Assembly: GCA_965221775.1 (NCBI GenBank)
Contig: CBDCSU010000005.1
Location: forward strand, 672,001-736,000
Length of the DNA stretch: 64,000 nt
Direction of reading: 5' to 3'
From: Candidatus Latescibacterota bacterium
Lineage (GTDB): Bacteria > Latescibacterota > UBA2968 > UBA8231
Part shown: positions 9,071 to 17,877 of the stretch, piece after piece
Numbering within the stretch: position 1 is the first letter of the stretch
Layout of the letters: every line of letters begins with the position of its first letter
The notes under the pieces: generated by a model
Database searches by the model: none
The model's input: the letters and a program-made list of their open reading frames with translations, nothing else
What the model was told of the DNA's origin: nothing
Made by a program: the position numbers and the translations under genes

Positions 9071-12000
9071 TCAGTTGCGCGGCGGGTCCCGCCGCGTCCA
9101 CTTGACGGCGTCGGCCACGACGGTGCGCTCCGGGCCGCGGTCGGTGAGCTCCACGTGGGCGGGACCGGCGGCCAGCGGATAGGTTCCCAGCAGGTTCCAG
9201 CCTTCCTCGGCGGTGGCCATGTCGAGGCCCGCGGACTCGACCCCGTCCTCGTGATGGACGAGGAAGCTCAGTTCATTGCCTCCTCTTCCCCCGCGCCCCC
9301 GCCAGCGGCGCTCCTCGAAGTCCCCGAGGTAGAAGAACAGGTCGTAGCGGCCGTCCTCGCCGATCTCGGTGCGCCACGAGACCCGGCTGCGGCCGTCGCC
9401 CACCTTCTTGTAGTACCCCGAGAGCACGAAGCGGCCGTAGAACCGGGGGTCGGTGGCCGCCTCCCACGAGCCCGGCGGGCTCCAGAAACGGAAGCCCACG
9501 TAGGGGACGGCGGCCGCCTCCAGGTCGAAGAGGTCGGCGACCTGGCGGCGCAGCCAGTTGGGCCGCGCCACCCCCAGGACCTCGAAGCCGGGGTCCTCGT
9601 TGTCGACGACGTACTCGCCCTGCGGCCCGTCCGCCGGCGGCGGCTCCGGGCGCTCGCCGTCGAAGGGCTCGGCGCCTCGCCGCAGCGTGGGCTCCGGCAG
9701 GGGCACCTCGATGCGGGCCGGCAGGTTCCGGGAGACGTAGGTGTCGACCAGCATCTCCGCCACCGGGGCGTCGACGACCAGGCCGACGCGCCGGCTCGAG
9801 GCCGCCGGGACCGCCACCCTGCGGCGGTGCTCCGGGGCGGCGCCGCGGTCGGCCCAGGGATCCCGGTCGGCCCCGCGCAGGCGGAGCCCGACCTCCACCG
9901 CCCCGTCTACCGCCGTGGGGTTGCGGATCGTCAGCTCCACCTGGGTCCGCGTGCGCTCCCCCTGGCGCACCAGCCAGGTGTCGGCCGCCTCGATCTCGTA
10001 CCCCGGCAGCTCGGTGCCGCCGAACCAGGCCTCCAGGCGGGCCTCCGGACCGTCCAACCCGAGGCCCTCCAGCATCTCCAGCAGGTCGGCCTCCGAAGTC
10101 CGGCGGCCGCGGTGACGCTCGAGGAAGCCGGTCATCTCGCGGCCGAAGCGGTCGGGGCCGGCGGTGGCCGCGAAGCCCAGCAGCAACTGCCGCGCCTTGA
10201 TGGCGGCCACCTCCTCCAGCCCCTGCTCCCCCGCCGCTTCGGGGGAGGCCAGCAGCTCCCGAAGGCTGCGCTCCTGCAGCGTCAGCCCGGCCCGCTCCGC
10301 CGCCGTGAGCCCGCTCCACCGCCGGGACCAGTCGTTCTCCCCCGGGGACAGACTCAGCTCGAACCAGGACTCGAGGGCGGCCTGGAGCACCGGCCAGCGC
10401 GGCGACGACAGGTGGGTGGCGAAGGAGACGAACTGGGGCAGCAGGCGGTAGCGGCCGCGCATCCCGCTGTCCCCCAGGGGCGACCACCCGAGGTGCCGGG
10501 TGCCCATGAGGTCGGCCTCGACGAAGGCGCGCAGGTACCCGGACTGCAGGTCGACGGCGCTCTCCAGCTGGTTGGCCCGCTCCTGGCTCCACCGCGAGCG
10601 CCGCTTCAGCCGGCGGAAGTCGGCGGCCTCGCACAGGGTGCCCATCTCCGGCAGGTAGACGATCTCCGGCTGCACCGACTCCTGCGCCAGGGTCCACAGG
10701 CGCCGGTACGACCAGGCCTGCAGGGGCACCTCCACCAGCGACAGGCGCGGGTACGGGTACTCCAGGCCCAGGGCCGTCTCGTACTCGGCGCGCAGCTCGC
10801 GGATCAGCCCCGGCAGGGCCGGACCGAGGGAGTCGAGGTGAGCGTCGAAGTATGCGTGCCCCGGCCGCACGGCGAGGCTGTAGGCGACGCCGTCCACCTC
10901 GACCTGCCGGCGCTCGTACTCCCCCGCCGTGAGCGAGATCCCCGGCAGGGACCCGCCCTCGAAGCGGCAGCGCAGGCCGGCGGCGGTCGTGTCCACCTGC
11001 GCCTCTCCCTGCGAGAACACCGTCCAGCCGCGCGGCACCTGCACGGACAGCCGGAAGCGGGGGTAGCCGCGATGGCCGGCGGCGGGGAAGGCGGCTCCCG
11101 GGGGCAGGCCGGTCACCGGGTACCAGCCGGACTCCGGCGTCAGGTGCAGGAAGCCGGGGGTGACGAAGCCGTAGCTCTTGGCGACGGTGATCACCCAGTA
11201 GCCGAAGCGCTCCTCGAAGCGCTCGCGGTCGACGTCGAGGAAGGCGGCGCCGTCGTCGGGAGCCCCGCGGTAGTCGATGCGCACGCGGGCGCTGTCGCCG
11301 GGAGCCAGGGGCGCGGCGGGGGCGATCCGCAGCAGGTGCCCGTCGCGGCGGAAGGAAGCCTCGGCGCCGTCGACGGCCGCCGCGGCGACCCGGAACCCCG
11401 GGTTGAGGGTGAAGAGCAGCGAGTCGAGGGCCTCGTCATGAGGGTTGCGGAGGTCGATCTCGGCGCCGGCGGCCAGCTCCCGGCCCCGGTGCTCGACCTC
11501 GATCCGACAGGCGGTGGCCGCCGCCGCCGGCTCCGACGCCGCGGCGCGGCTCAGGGAGACCAGGTGCTCGCGGCTGTCGCGGGCGGCGAGGCGGTCCTCC
11601 AGGTAGCTGTTCCCGGTCCACGCGGCGCCCCCGAAGCAGACCGCGGCCACCACCGCCGCCGCGGCGTTGGCCGTCAGCGACTGTCGCAGCCGGGGGGTGA
11701 GCAGGGCGGCGGCGGCCATGCATCCCAGACCCGCGAGCAGGTGCGCGCCGCGCACCCGCACCAGCTGCTCCTCGTTACCGAAGCCGACGAAGTCCGACCA
11801 CGCCATGGGGATCCAGAAGGCGAAGATATCGAAGAGCTGGAACTGGCCCTCCCCCGCGAAGACCGCCGCCGCCCACACGCCGAGCATCAGCACCAGCACC
11901 ACCGCCTGGCTGCGCGCGAGGGTGATCAGCAGGCAGGCGAGGCCGCTGGTGAGGACCAGGGTCGGCAGGGTGCCGAGCAGGGGCAGGAGCACGTACGGCT

Positions 12001-12430
12001 GCCAGGCGAAGGCCGCGTCGGTGAAGAACCGGTGGTTCACGGCCACCACCGCCAGGGACGCCGCCGCGAGCCCTCCCAGGGCGAGGCCGATCCCCAGCAT
12101 CTTGCCGGCCACGTACCCGGGGTTGGTGAAGGAGTTGGCCAGCACCGCCTCGGAGCTGTCGAGCTGGCGGTCGCGCTTGACGAACTCGGTGGCCAGCAGC
12201 GCCGTCACCAGTCCGAGGTAGAGGTTGAGGAGGCGGACGGCGGTCAGCGGCAGGGCCCCCGAGAAGGAGCGGAAGGAGAACGGGGCGCCGCTGAAGGGGG
12301 CGGTGAAGATGATCTGGATGAGGAGGAGGATCCCCACCGCCGCCAGCGCCGACAGGCGGAAGGCCCAGGACCGCCACAGGAGTCGGCACTCGTAGAGGGC
12401 CACCGCCCACCAGCGGCCGGCGAAGGTCAC
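9071..12430 (-). CDS. ABC-2-type permease fused to an M1-peptidase-like extracellular region and a C-terminal beta-sandwich (golvesin/CBM-like)
   Basis: True start is GTG 12430, overlapping the ATPase stop. Multi-TM N-terminus (EFVKRDRQLD..YVAGK); ESGWYP, YPYPRLSLVEVP; C-terminal VVDNEDPGF..GWNLLGTY..VADAVKW. Confidence 0.8.
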   Translation of the reverse strand: MTFAGRWWAVALYECRLLWRSWAFRLSALAAVGILLLIQIIFTAPFSGAPFSFRSFSGALPLTAVRLLNLYLGLVTALLATEFVKRDRQLDSSEAVLANSFTNPGYVAGKMLGIGLALGGLAAASLAVVAVNHRFFTDAAFAWQPYVLLPLLGTLPTLVLTSGLACLLITLARSQAVVLVLMLGVWAAAVFAGEGQFQLFDIFAFWIPMAWSDFVGFGNEEQLVRVRGAHLLAGLGCMAAAALLTPRLRQSLTANAAAAVVAAVCFGGAAWTGNSYLEDRLAARDSREHLVSLSRAAASEPAAAATACRIEVEHRGRELAAGAEIDLRNPHDEALDSLLFTLNPGFRVAAAAVDGAEASFRRDGHLLRIAPAAPLAPGDSARVRIDYRGAPDDGAAFLDVDRERFEERFGYWVITVAKSYGFVTPGFLHLTPESGWYPVTGLPPGAAFPAAGHRGYPRFRLSVQVPRGWTVFSQGEAQVDTTAAGLRCRFEGGSLPGISLTAGEYERRQVEVDGVAYSLAVRPGHAYFDAHLDSLGPALPGLIRELRAEYETALGLEYPYPRLSLVEVPLQAWSYRRLWTLAQESVQPEIVYLPEMGTLCEAADFRRLKRRSRWSQERANQLESAVDLQSGYLRAFVEADLMGTRHLGWSPLGDSGMRGRYRLLPQFVSFATHLSSPRWPVLQAALESWFELSLSPGENDWSRRWSGLTAAERAGLTLQERSLRELLASPEAAGEQGLEEVAAIKARQLLLGFAATAGPDRFGREMTGFLERHRGRRTSEADLLEMLEGLGLDGPEARLEAWFGGTELPGYEIEAADTWLVRQGERTRTQVELTIRNPTAVDGAVEVGLRLRGADRDPWADRGAAPEHRRRVAVPAASSRRVGLVVDAPVAEMLVDTYVSRNLPARIEVPLPEPTLRRGAEPFDGERPEPPPADGPQGEYVVDNEDPGFEVLGVARPNWLRRQVADLFDLEAAAVPYVGFRFWSPPGSWEAATDPRFYGRFVLSGYYKKVGDGRSRVSWRTEIGEDGRYDLFFYLGDFEERRWRGRGGRGGNELSFLVHHEDGVESAGLDMATAEEGWNLLGTYPLAAGPAHVELTDRGPERTVVADAVKWTRRDPPRN

Positions 12431-13317
12431 GGACTCCCGCCCTCCGGCTCGATCGACTGCAGGTGATGGAGGTAGGCGTCCTCGAGGCCGGGGGCCGCCG
12501 CCTCCGCCGAGGCCGCGGGCGGCTCGTCGGCCACCAGGCGGACCTCGTATCCGGCCACCGAGGGCACCGTGGAGACCACGGCGAAGCGCTCCTTGAGCCC
12601 GTCCAGCTCGGCGTCGGTGGCCGCCACCTTCCAGACGCGCCCCCGGGCCGAGTCGATCAGCCCCTCCGGCGAGCCCTGGTAGGCGATCCGCCCCCGGCTC
12701 AGCAGCGCCATGTCGGTGCAAGTCGAGGAGATGTCCCCCACGATGTGGGTGGAGAGGAGGATGACCATCTCCCCCCGGGCCAGGTCGGCCAGCAGGTTGC
12801 GGAAGCGCAGCCGCTCCTGGGGATCGAGGCCCACCGTGGGCTCGTCCACCACCAGGATCGAGGGATCGCCCACCAGGGTCTGGGCGATGCCGAGGCGGCG
12901 CTTCATGCCGCCCGACAGCTTGCCCGCCTGCCGGTCGCGCACCTCGAAGAGGCCCACCAGCTCCAGGAGCCGGTCGACCGCCTCGGCCCGCTGGCGGCGG
13001 CCCAGGCCGCGGAGGCGCGCCTGGTAGTCGAGAACCTCCCACGCCGCCAGCCGCGGGAAGCGGCTGAACTCCTGGGGCAGGTAGCTGACCATGCGCCGCA
13101 CCTGGGCCCGGTGGCGGTCGACGTCCAGGCCGGCCACCAGGACGCGGCCGGAGGTCGCCTTCAGCAGGGTGACGAGGATGCGGATGAGGGTGGTCTTGCC
13201 GGCGCCGTTGGGCCCGAGGAGGCCGAACATGCCGCTGCCGATCTCCAGGTCCACCTCCCGGAGAGCGTGGAAGCCGCCGCGGTAGCGCTTGGTCAGGCCT
13301 TGTATCTCGATTCTCAT
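12427..13317 (-). CDS. ABC transporter ATP-binding protein
   Basis: GPNGAGKTT, LSGGMKRR, VVDEPT, LSTH; ATG 13317. Confidence 0.96.
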   Translation of the reverse strand: MRIEIQGLTKRYRGGFHALREVDLEIGSGMFGLLGPNGAGKTTLIRILVTLLKATSGRVLVAGLDVDRHRAQVRRMVSYLPQEFSRFPRLAAWEVLDYQARLRGLGRRQRAEAVDRLLELVGLFEVRDRQAGKLSGGMKRRLGIAQTLVGDPSILVVDEPTVGLDPQERLRFRNLLADLARGEMVILLSTHIVGDISSTCTDMALLSRGRIAYQGSPEGLIDSARGRVWKVAATDAELDGLKERFAVVSTVPSVAGYEVRLVADEPPAASAEAAAPGLEDAYLHHLQSIEPEGGSP

Positions 13318-13461
13318 GCGAGTTCTCCGGCAGGCCAAGAACCCCCGGAACCCGGACTCCCGCAAGGGGAGCGGCCGGGCTCCCGCGGCCGGGGGGCGCC
13401 GCGGCGCCTTGGGCGCGCAGATGCCGGCCCCGGTACCTGCGGCCGGGGGCGCCTCCGGCCT

Positions 13462-14562
13462 CTAGACGCGCAGCTGCCGCCCGAGATCCTCCAGGACGCG
13501 GGACCAGCGGCCGGCGAACTCGATCTCGGCGGGGCGTTCCTCCGGGTGCTTTGCGGTGGACAGGCGGCCGGGGTCGGCGGCGTACCACTCGACGGTCCTG
13601 CGGGTCCACTCGACCCCGGAGAGGCGGAAGTCCAGCCCCACGTCGGCCTGGGCCCGGTCGAGGTTCATCAGCAGCGGGCAGGAGCTGAAGGGCGCGAAGG
13701 ACCAGACCTTCCACGGCAGGCCCGAGTGGCGCTCCAGAACCTCGGAAGGCACCGGCACGGTGCGCAGCGGCCGGTCCGCGGCCTCGGCCATGACCCGCAG
13801 CCAGTTGACCAGGGACGGAGACTCGGCCTGGGCGTAGTTGTAAGTGTTGCGCGGCGGTCCGTCCTCCAGGAGCCGCACCAGGAAGCGGGCCAGGTCCTCG
13901 GAGAAGCCGACCTGCACCGCGTGGACACCGCCGTCGGGCAGCAGGATCGGCCCGCCGTCGAGGATCCGCGTCAGCCACCAGGCGAACCTCCCCGAGGGGT
14001 CCGCCGGGCCGAGGGTGGCCGGCACGCGAACGACGATCCAGGGCCAGTCGGCGGGCGACTCCAGCATGACCCGCTCCATCATGCGCTTGCCCTCGCCGTA
14101 CTCGTCGACGTCGTCGCGGTAGTCCCAGGACTGGCCGGAGACGTCGAGGTCGGCCTCGCGCACCGGCTCGAGGGCGCGGTAGTCGACGGCGAAGCGCTCC
14201 TCGTCGGGGAGGGGCTCGGTCACCGTGGACCGGCGGTGGGAGTGACCCGCCTCGCCGTAGACCGAAACGGTGCTGGCCACCACGTAGCGTCCGACGCGCC
14301 CCCGCAGGGCGCCGATGGCGGCCTCGGCCTCGCCGCGGTTGAAGCACTGGTTGTCGATGACGCCGTCGAAGCGGCGGCCCTCCAGGCTGCGGGCGAGACC
14401 GTCGGCGTCCTGGCGGTCGCCCTCGATGTGCTCGATGTCGTCCCAGAACCACGGCCGCGAGTTTCCCCGGCTGAAGATCGAGACGCGATGGCCGGCCTCC
14501 AGCATCTGCTCGACGGCGGCCAGTCCGAAGTACCCCGTGCCTCCCATGACCAGAACGTCCAC
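13462..14562 (-). CDS. NAD-dependent epimerase/dehydratase (atypical SDR)
   Basis: GGTGYFG Rossmann motif, STVSVYG, YGEGK. Confidence 0.88.
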   Translation of the reverse strand: MDVLVMGGTGYFGLAAVEQMLEAGHRVSIFSRGNSRPWFWDDIEHIEGDRQDADGLARSLEGRRFDGVIDNQCFNRGEAEAAIGALRGRVGRYVVASTVSVYGEAGHSHRRSTVTEPLPDEERFAVDYRALEPVREADLDVSGQSWDYRDDVDEYGEGKRMMERVMLESPADWPWIVVRVPATLGPADPSGRFAWWLTRILDGGPILLPDGGVHAVQVGFSEDLARFLVRLLEDGPPRNTYNYAQAESPSLVNWLRVMAEAADRPLRTVPVPSEVLERHSGLPWKVWSFAPFSSCPLLMNLDRAQADVGLDFRLSGVEWTRRTVEWYAADPGRLSTAKHPEERPAEIEFAGRWSRVLEDLGRQLRV

Positions 14563-14589
14563 CCGGCTCTCCTTTCCTCGGGCCGGCGG

Positions 14590-15549
14590 TCAGCCGGCCG
14601 GCCTCTGCATGAAACGGCGGAGCCGCCACAGCCGCGACGGCGTCTTGCGCACCAGGTGATAGGGGACCTGGCGGGCGCCGAAGGCGCGGAAGAACCGCTC
14701 CACCGGCTCGAGCATGGAGCCCTCGAAGTCGAAGCGCCGGGTCACCGCCGCCGCGTGGCGGATGGCGTGCCACAGGCACAGACTGGTGGCCCCGCTGGTG
14801 CGCAGCTCCGGGTCCCCGCCCCCGATCAGGTAGTAGGCGCTGTCCTCGTCCCAGACGACGTAGGCGCCGGCGTGGGCGCGCCCCTCGCCGTCCTCGGCGA
14901 TCCAGATCCGCCGGCAGCCGCGGGACTGGCAGGCGCGGTCGATGCTGTCGACGACCCCGGGCGCATAGGGGACGGGCCTCCCCTGCCGGGCGAAGGTCTT
15001 GCGGTTGAGGTCGTGCATCTCGGCGGGCGAATCGGCGCTGCGCACGGTGAGGCCGTGGCGGCCCTCGGCCTTGCGGATCTCGCGGCGGATGTTCTCCCGC
15101 AGGTTGGCCCACAGGGCGGCCTCGTCGCGCAGGTCGGGCAGGACGTAGGTGTAGCGCGTCGTCTGCGCGAACCCCCTCCAGTGGAAGGGCAGCCAGTTGG
15201 TGACCCCGTGGTGCCACCCCTGCTCGAAGTGGGCGAAGGGCGGCAGCCGGTCGATCAGCTCCGTCATGACCCGCTTCTGGCGCTCCAGGGTCCCCGCCGG
15301 CCCGGCGTCCGTCTCCCGCACCCAGGGGCCGAGGGTCGGGGTCAGCGGCGGCTGCACGAGCAGGGTCAGCCCCAGGCGCCGGCGCGCGTAGTACGGCAGG
15401 GAGCCGGCCACGGCTCCGCCGTGCTCGACGACGGCCGCGTCCCAGTGCCCGGGGCCGCAGACCGCGTCGAGCCACCAGTCCCGGCAGAACAGGGGCAGGC
15501 GGACTCCCTCCTCCTGCATCAGGGAACGGTAGGCGTCCTTGTCACTCAT
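14590..15549 (-). CDS. GNAT/FemAB-like acyltransferase
   Basis: WWLDAV, LRENIRREIRKA, AYYLIGG, FDFEGSM..FFRAFGA. Confidence 0.85.
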   Translation of the reverse strand: MSDKDAYRSLMQEEGVRLPLFCRDWWLDAVCGPGHWDAAVVEHGGAVAGSLPYYARRRLGLTLLVQPPLTPTLGPWVRETDAGPAGTLERQKRVMTELIDRLPPFAHFEQGWHHGVTNWLPFHWRGFAQTTRYTYVLPDLRDEAALWANLRENIRREIRKAEGRHGLTVRSADSPAEMHDLNRKTFARQGRPVPYAPGVVDSIDRACQSRGCRRIWIAEDGEGRAHAGAYVVWDEDSAYYLIGGGDPELRTSGATSLCLWHAIRHAAAVTRRFDFEGSMLEPVERFFRAFGARQVPYHLVRKTPSRLWRLRRFMQRPAG

Positions 15550-15587
15550 TCGGGTCGGCGGTCTCGCCTTCCAAAGGCGGAGTTCCG

Positions 15588-15616
15588 TTGCTCGCGATGT
15601 ACGGGGGCGCTACTAT
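15588..15616 (+). promoter_or_regulatory. Putative sigma70 promoter for the 15690-22120 operon
   Basis: TTGCTC-N17-TACTAT. An opposing TTGCCG-N16-TATGCT lies on the minus strand at 15649-15622. Confidence 0.5.
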
Positions 15617-15689
15617 GGCCTAGCATAGCGAAGGAGGCGGCAGCGGCAAACCTCGGGCCCCCTCGGGCCCTTCCCCCGACGGATCGCGA

Positions 15690-16526
15690 ATGCTCATCGG
15701 CGGCTTCACCCGGATCTTCGACCGTCCCTCCTTCGAAGAGGTCCTCGACGCCGCCGCCGGCCACGGCCTCCGGGCCCTCCAGCTCAACCTCGAGTCCCTC
15801 GGCCTGCCGCCGATGCCCGACCGCCTCGACCCGGACCTCTGCCGCCGCGTCCGCGACGAGGTCGAGTCGCGGAGCCTGACCCTGGCCGCGGTCTCCGGCA
15901 CCTTCAACATCATTCACCCGGACCTCGAGGAGCGCGCCCGCAACTTCCGCGGCCTCCGCGAGCTGGCCGCCGCCTGCCCGGCCTTGGGGGCCCCCCTGAT
16001 CACGTTCTCCACCGGCACCCGCAACGCCGACTACATGTGGGCTTCCCATCCCGACAACGGCTCTCCCGAGGCGTGGGCCGACATGCTCGAGTCGATGGCC
16101 GAGGCCGTGGAGATCGCCACCGAGCACGAGGTGCCCCTGGTCTTCGAGCCCGAGGTCTCCAACGTGGTCGACTCGGCGCTCAAGGCGCGGCGGCTCCTCG
16201 ACCACTTCGGGTCGCCCTTCCTCAAGGTCGTCATCGACGGCGCCAACCTCTTCGGCGCCGGGGACCTGCCGCGCATGGCCGAGGTCCTGGACGAGGCCTT
16301 CGACCTCCTCGGCCCCGACATCGAGATGGCCCACGCCAAGGACCTGGTGCGCGACGGCGAGGCCGGCCACGTGGCGGCGGGCACGGGTCTGCTGGACTAC
16401 GAGCGCTACCTGCGGCGGCTGCGCGAGGCCGGCTTCGACGGCGGCCTCATCCTCCACAGCCTCGACGAGGAGCAGGTGCCCGGCTCCGTGAGGTTCCTGC
16501 GCCAGACCCTGGAGCGCATCGGCTGA
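15690..16526 (+). CDS. Sugar phosphate isomerase/epimerase (xylose-isomerase-like TIM barrel)
   Basis: LVFEPE, VVIDGAN, HAKD, GTGLLDY motifs. Confidence 0.88.
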   Translation: MLIGGFTRIFDRPSFEEVLDAAAGHGLRALQLNLESLGLPPMPDRLDPDLCRRVRDEVESRSLTLAAVSGTFNIIHPDLEERARNFRGLRELAAACPALGAPLITFSTGTRNADYMWASHPDNGSPEAWADMLESMAEAVEIATEHEVPLVFEPEVSNVVDSALKARRLLDHFGSPFLKVVIDGANLFGAGDLPRMAEVLDEAFDLLGPDIEMAHAKDLVRDGEAGHVAAGTGLLDYERYLRRLREAGFDGGLILHSLDEEQVPGSVRFLRQTLERIG

Positions 16527-16537
16527 GGGCCGCTGCC

Positions 16538-17875
16538 ATGGCCACGAAGGGAGACTCCCTCTTTCTCAAAGACCCCGCCGGCGACTACCCGACGATTGTC
16601 CGCGGCGAGGGAATCCATCTCTACGACGACCGGGGCCGGCGTTACATCGACGGCGCCGCCGGCGCCAGCAACGTCACCCTGGGCCACGGACGCGCGGATA
16701 TCGCCCGGGTCATGGGGGAGCAGGCGGAGACCCTGGCCTACGCGTTCTCCATCCACTTCGAGAACCAGCCCGCCCGCGACTATGCGGCGCGGCTGACGGC
16801 GGCGGCCCCGGGTGACCTCGACAAGGCCTACTTCGTCTCCGGCGGCTCGGAGGCGATCGAGACGGCCCTGAAGATCGCCCGCCAGTACCACCTGCTGCGG
16901 GGCAACGTGGGCAAGCAGTTGGTGATCTCCCGCTGGGGCGGCTACCACGGCGGCACCCTTGGGGCCATGTCCCTCAGCGGCGTGCCGGGGCCGCGGGCGC
17001 CCTTCGCCCCCTGGCTGGCCGACTTCCCCCACATCGCCCCCTGCTATCCCTACCGCTGCCGCTTCGAGGGCTGCAACGGCGTCTGCAACCTCAGCTGCGC
17101 CGACGACCTGGAGGCCGAGATCCGCCGCCGCGGCCCGGAGAACGTGGCCGCCTTCGTCTGCGAGCCGGTGCCGATCGCCGCCTTCGTCTGCGGCGTTCCT
17201 CCGGAGGGCTACTTCGCCCGCGTGCGCGAGATCTGCGACCGCCACGACGTGCTCTTCATCGCCGACGAGATCGTCACCGGCTTCGGCCGCAGCGGCCGGC
17301 TCTTCGCCATGGAGCACTGGGACGTGCGGCCCGACATGATCGTCTTCGGCAAGGGGGCCAGCAGCGGCTACATCCCCCTCGGGGGCGTGCTCCTGCGGCA
17401 GACCGTGGCCGATGCCTTCGCCGAGGCCGGCCAGGAGTTCCACCACATCTTCACCTACGTCAACAACCCCGTGGCCATGCGCGTCGGTCTGGAGGTCCTC
17501 GACATCATCGAGCGCGAGGAGATCCTCGGCCGCGTCACCGATCTGGCCGCCCATCTCGAGTCGCAGGCCGGGCGTTTCCGCGAGCATCCGAGCGTCGGCG
17601 AGGTCCGCATCTTCGGGCTGATCCTGGGCATCGAGCTGGTGCAGGACCGGAAGAGCCGCCGGCCCTTCCCCGCCGAGGCCGGTTTCAGCCGCCGGGTGGC
17701 CGGCCACATGCGCGAGCGCGGCCTCAACGCCGGCTCCACCACGGGCTGCGCCGACGGCGTCAACGGCGACGACCTCCGCTTCTATCCGCCGTTGACCATC
17801 ACCCGCCAGGAACTGGACGGCCTGCTCGACATCGTCGAAGAGTCCCTGGCCGCCGCCGAGAAGGAGGTCCTGTAG
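16538..17875 (+). CDS. Class III PLP aminotransferase
   Basis: ATG 16538; SGGSEAIE, YHGGT, IADEIVTGFGRSG, FGKG (PLP Lys). Confidence 0.93.
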   Translation: MATKGDSLFLKDPAGDYPTIVRGEGIHLYDDRGRRYIDGAAGASNVTLGHGRADIARVMGEQAETLAYAFSIHFENQPARDYAARLTAAAPGDLDKAYFVSGGSEAIETALKIARQYHLLRGNVGKQLVISRWGGYHGGTLGAMSLSGVPGPRAPFAPWLADFPHIAPCYPYRCRFEGCNGVCNLSCADDLEAEIRRRGPENVAAFVCEPVPIAAFVCGVPPEGYFARVREICDRHDVLFIADEIVTGFGRSGRLFAMEHWDVRPDMIVFGKGASSGYIPLGGVLLRQTVADAFAEAGQEFHHIFTYVNNPVAMRVGLEVLDIIEREEILGRVTDLAAHLESQAGRFREHPSVGEVRIFGLILGIELVQDRKSRRPFPAEAGFSRRVAGHMRERGLNAGSTTGCADGVNGDDLRFYPPLTITRQELDGLLDIVEESLAAAEKEVL

Positions 17876-17877
17876 CC

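Noticed and set aside
12431-15475. N-terminal half of the 2134-aa ORF
   Set aside because: Arg/Gly/Pro-rich off-frame read over three real genes; the true protein starts at GTG 12430.
229-15879. Very long plus-strand ORFs (745, 840, 1271 and 1138 aa)
   Set aside because: Antisense shadows of real minus-strand genes in high-GC DNA; no family motifs.
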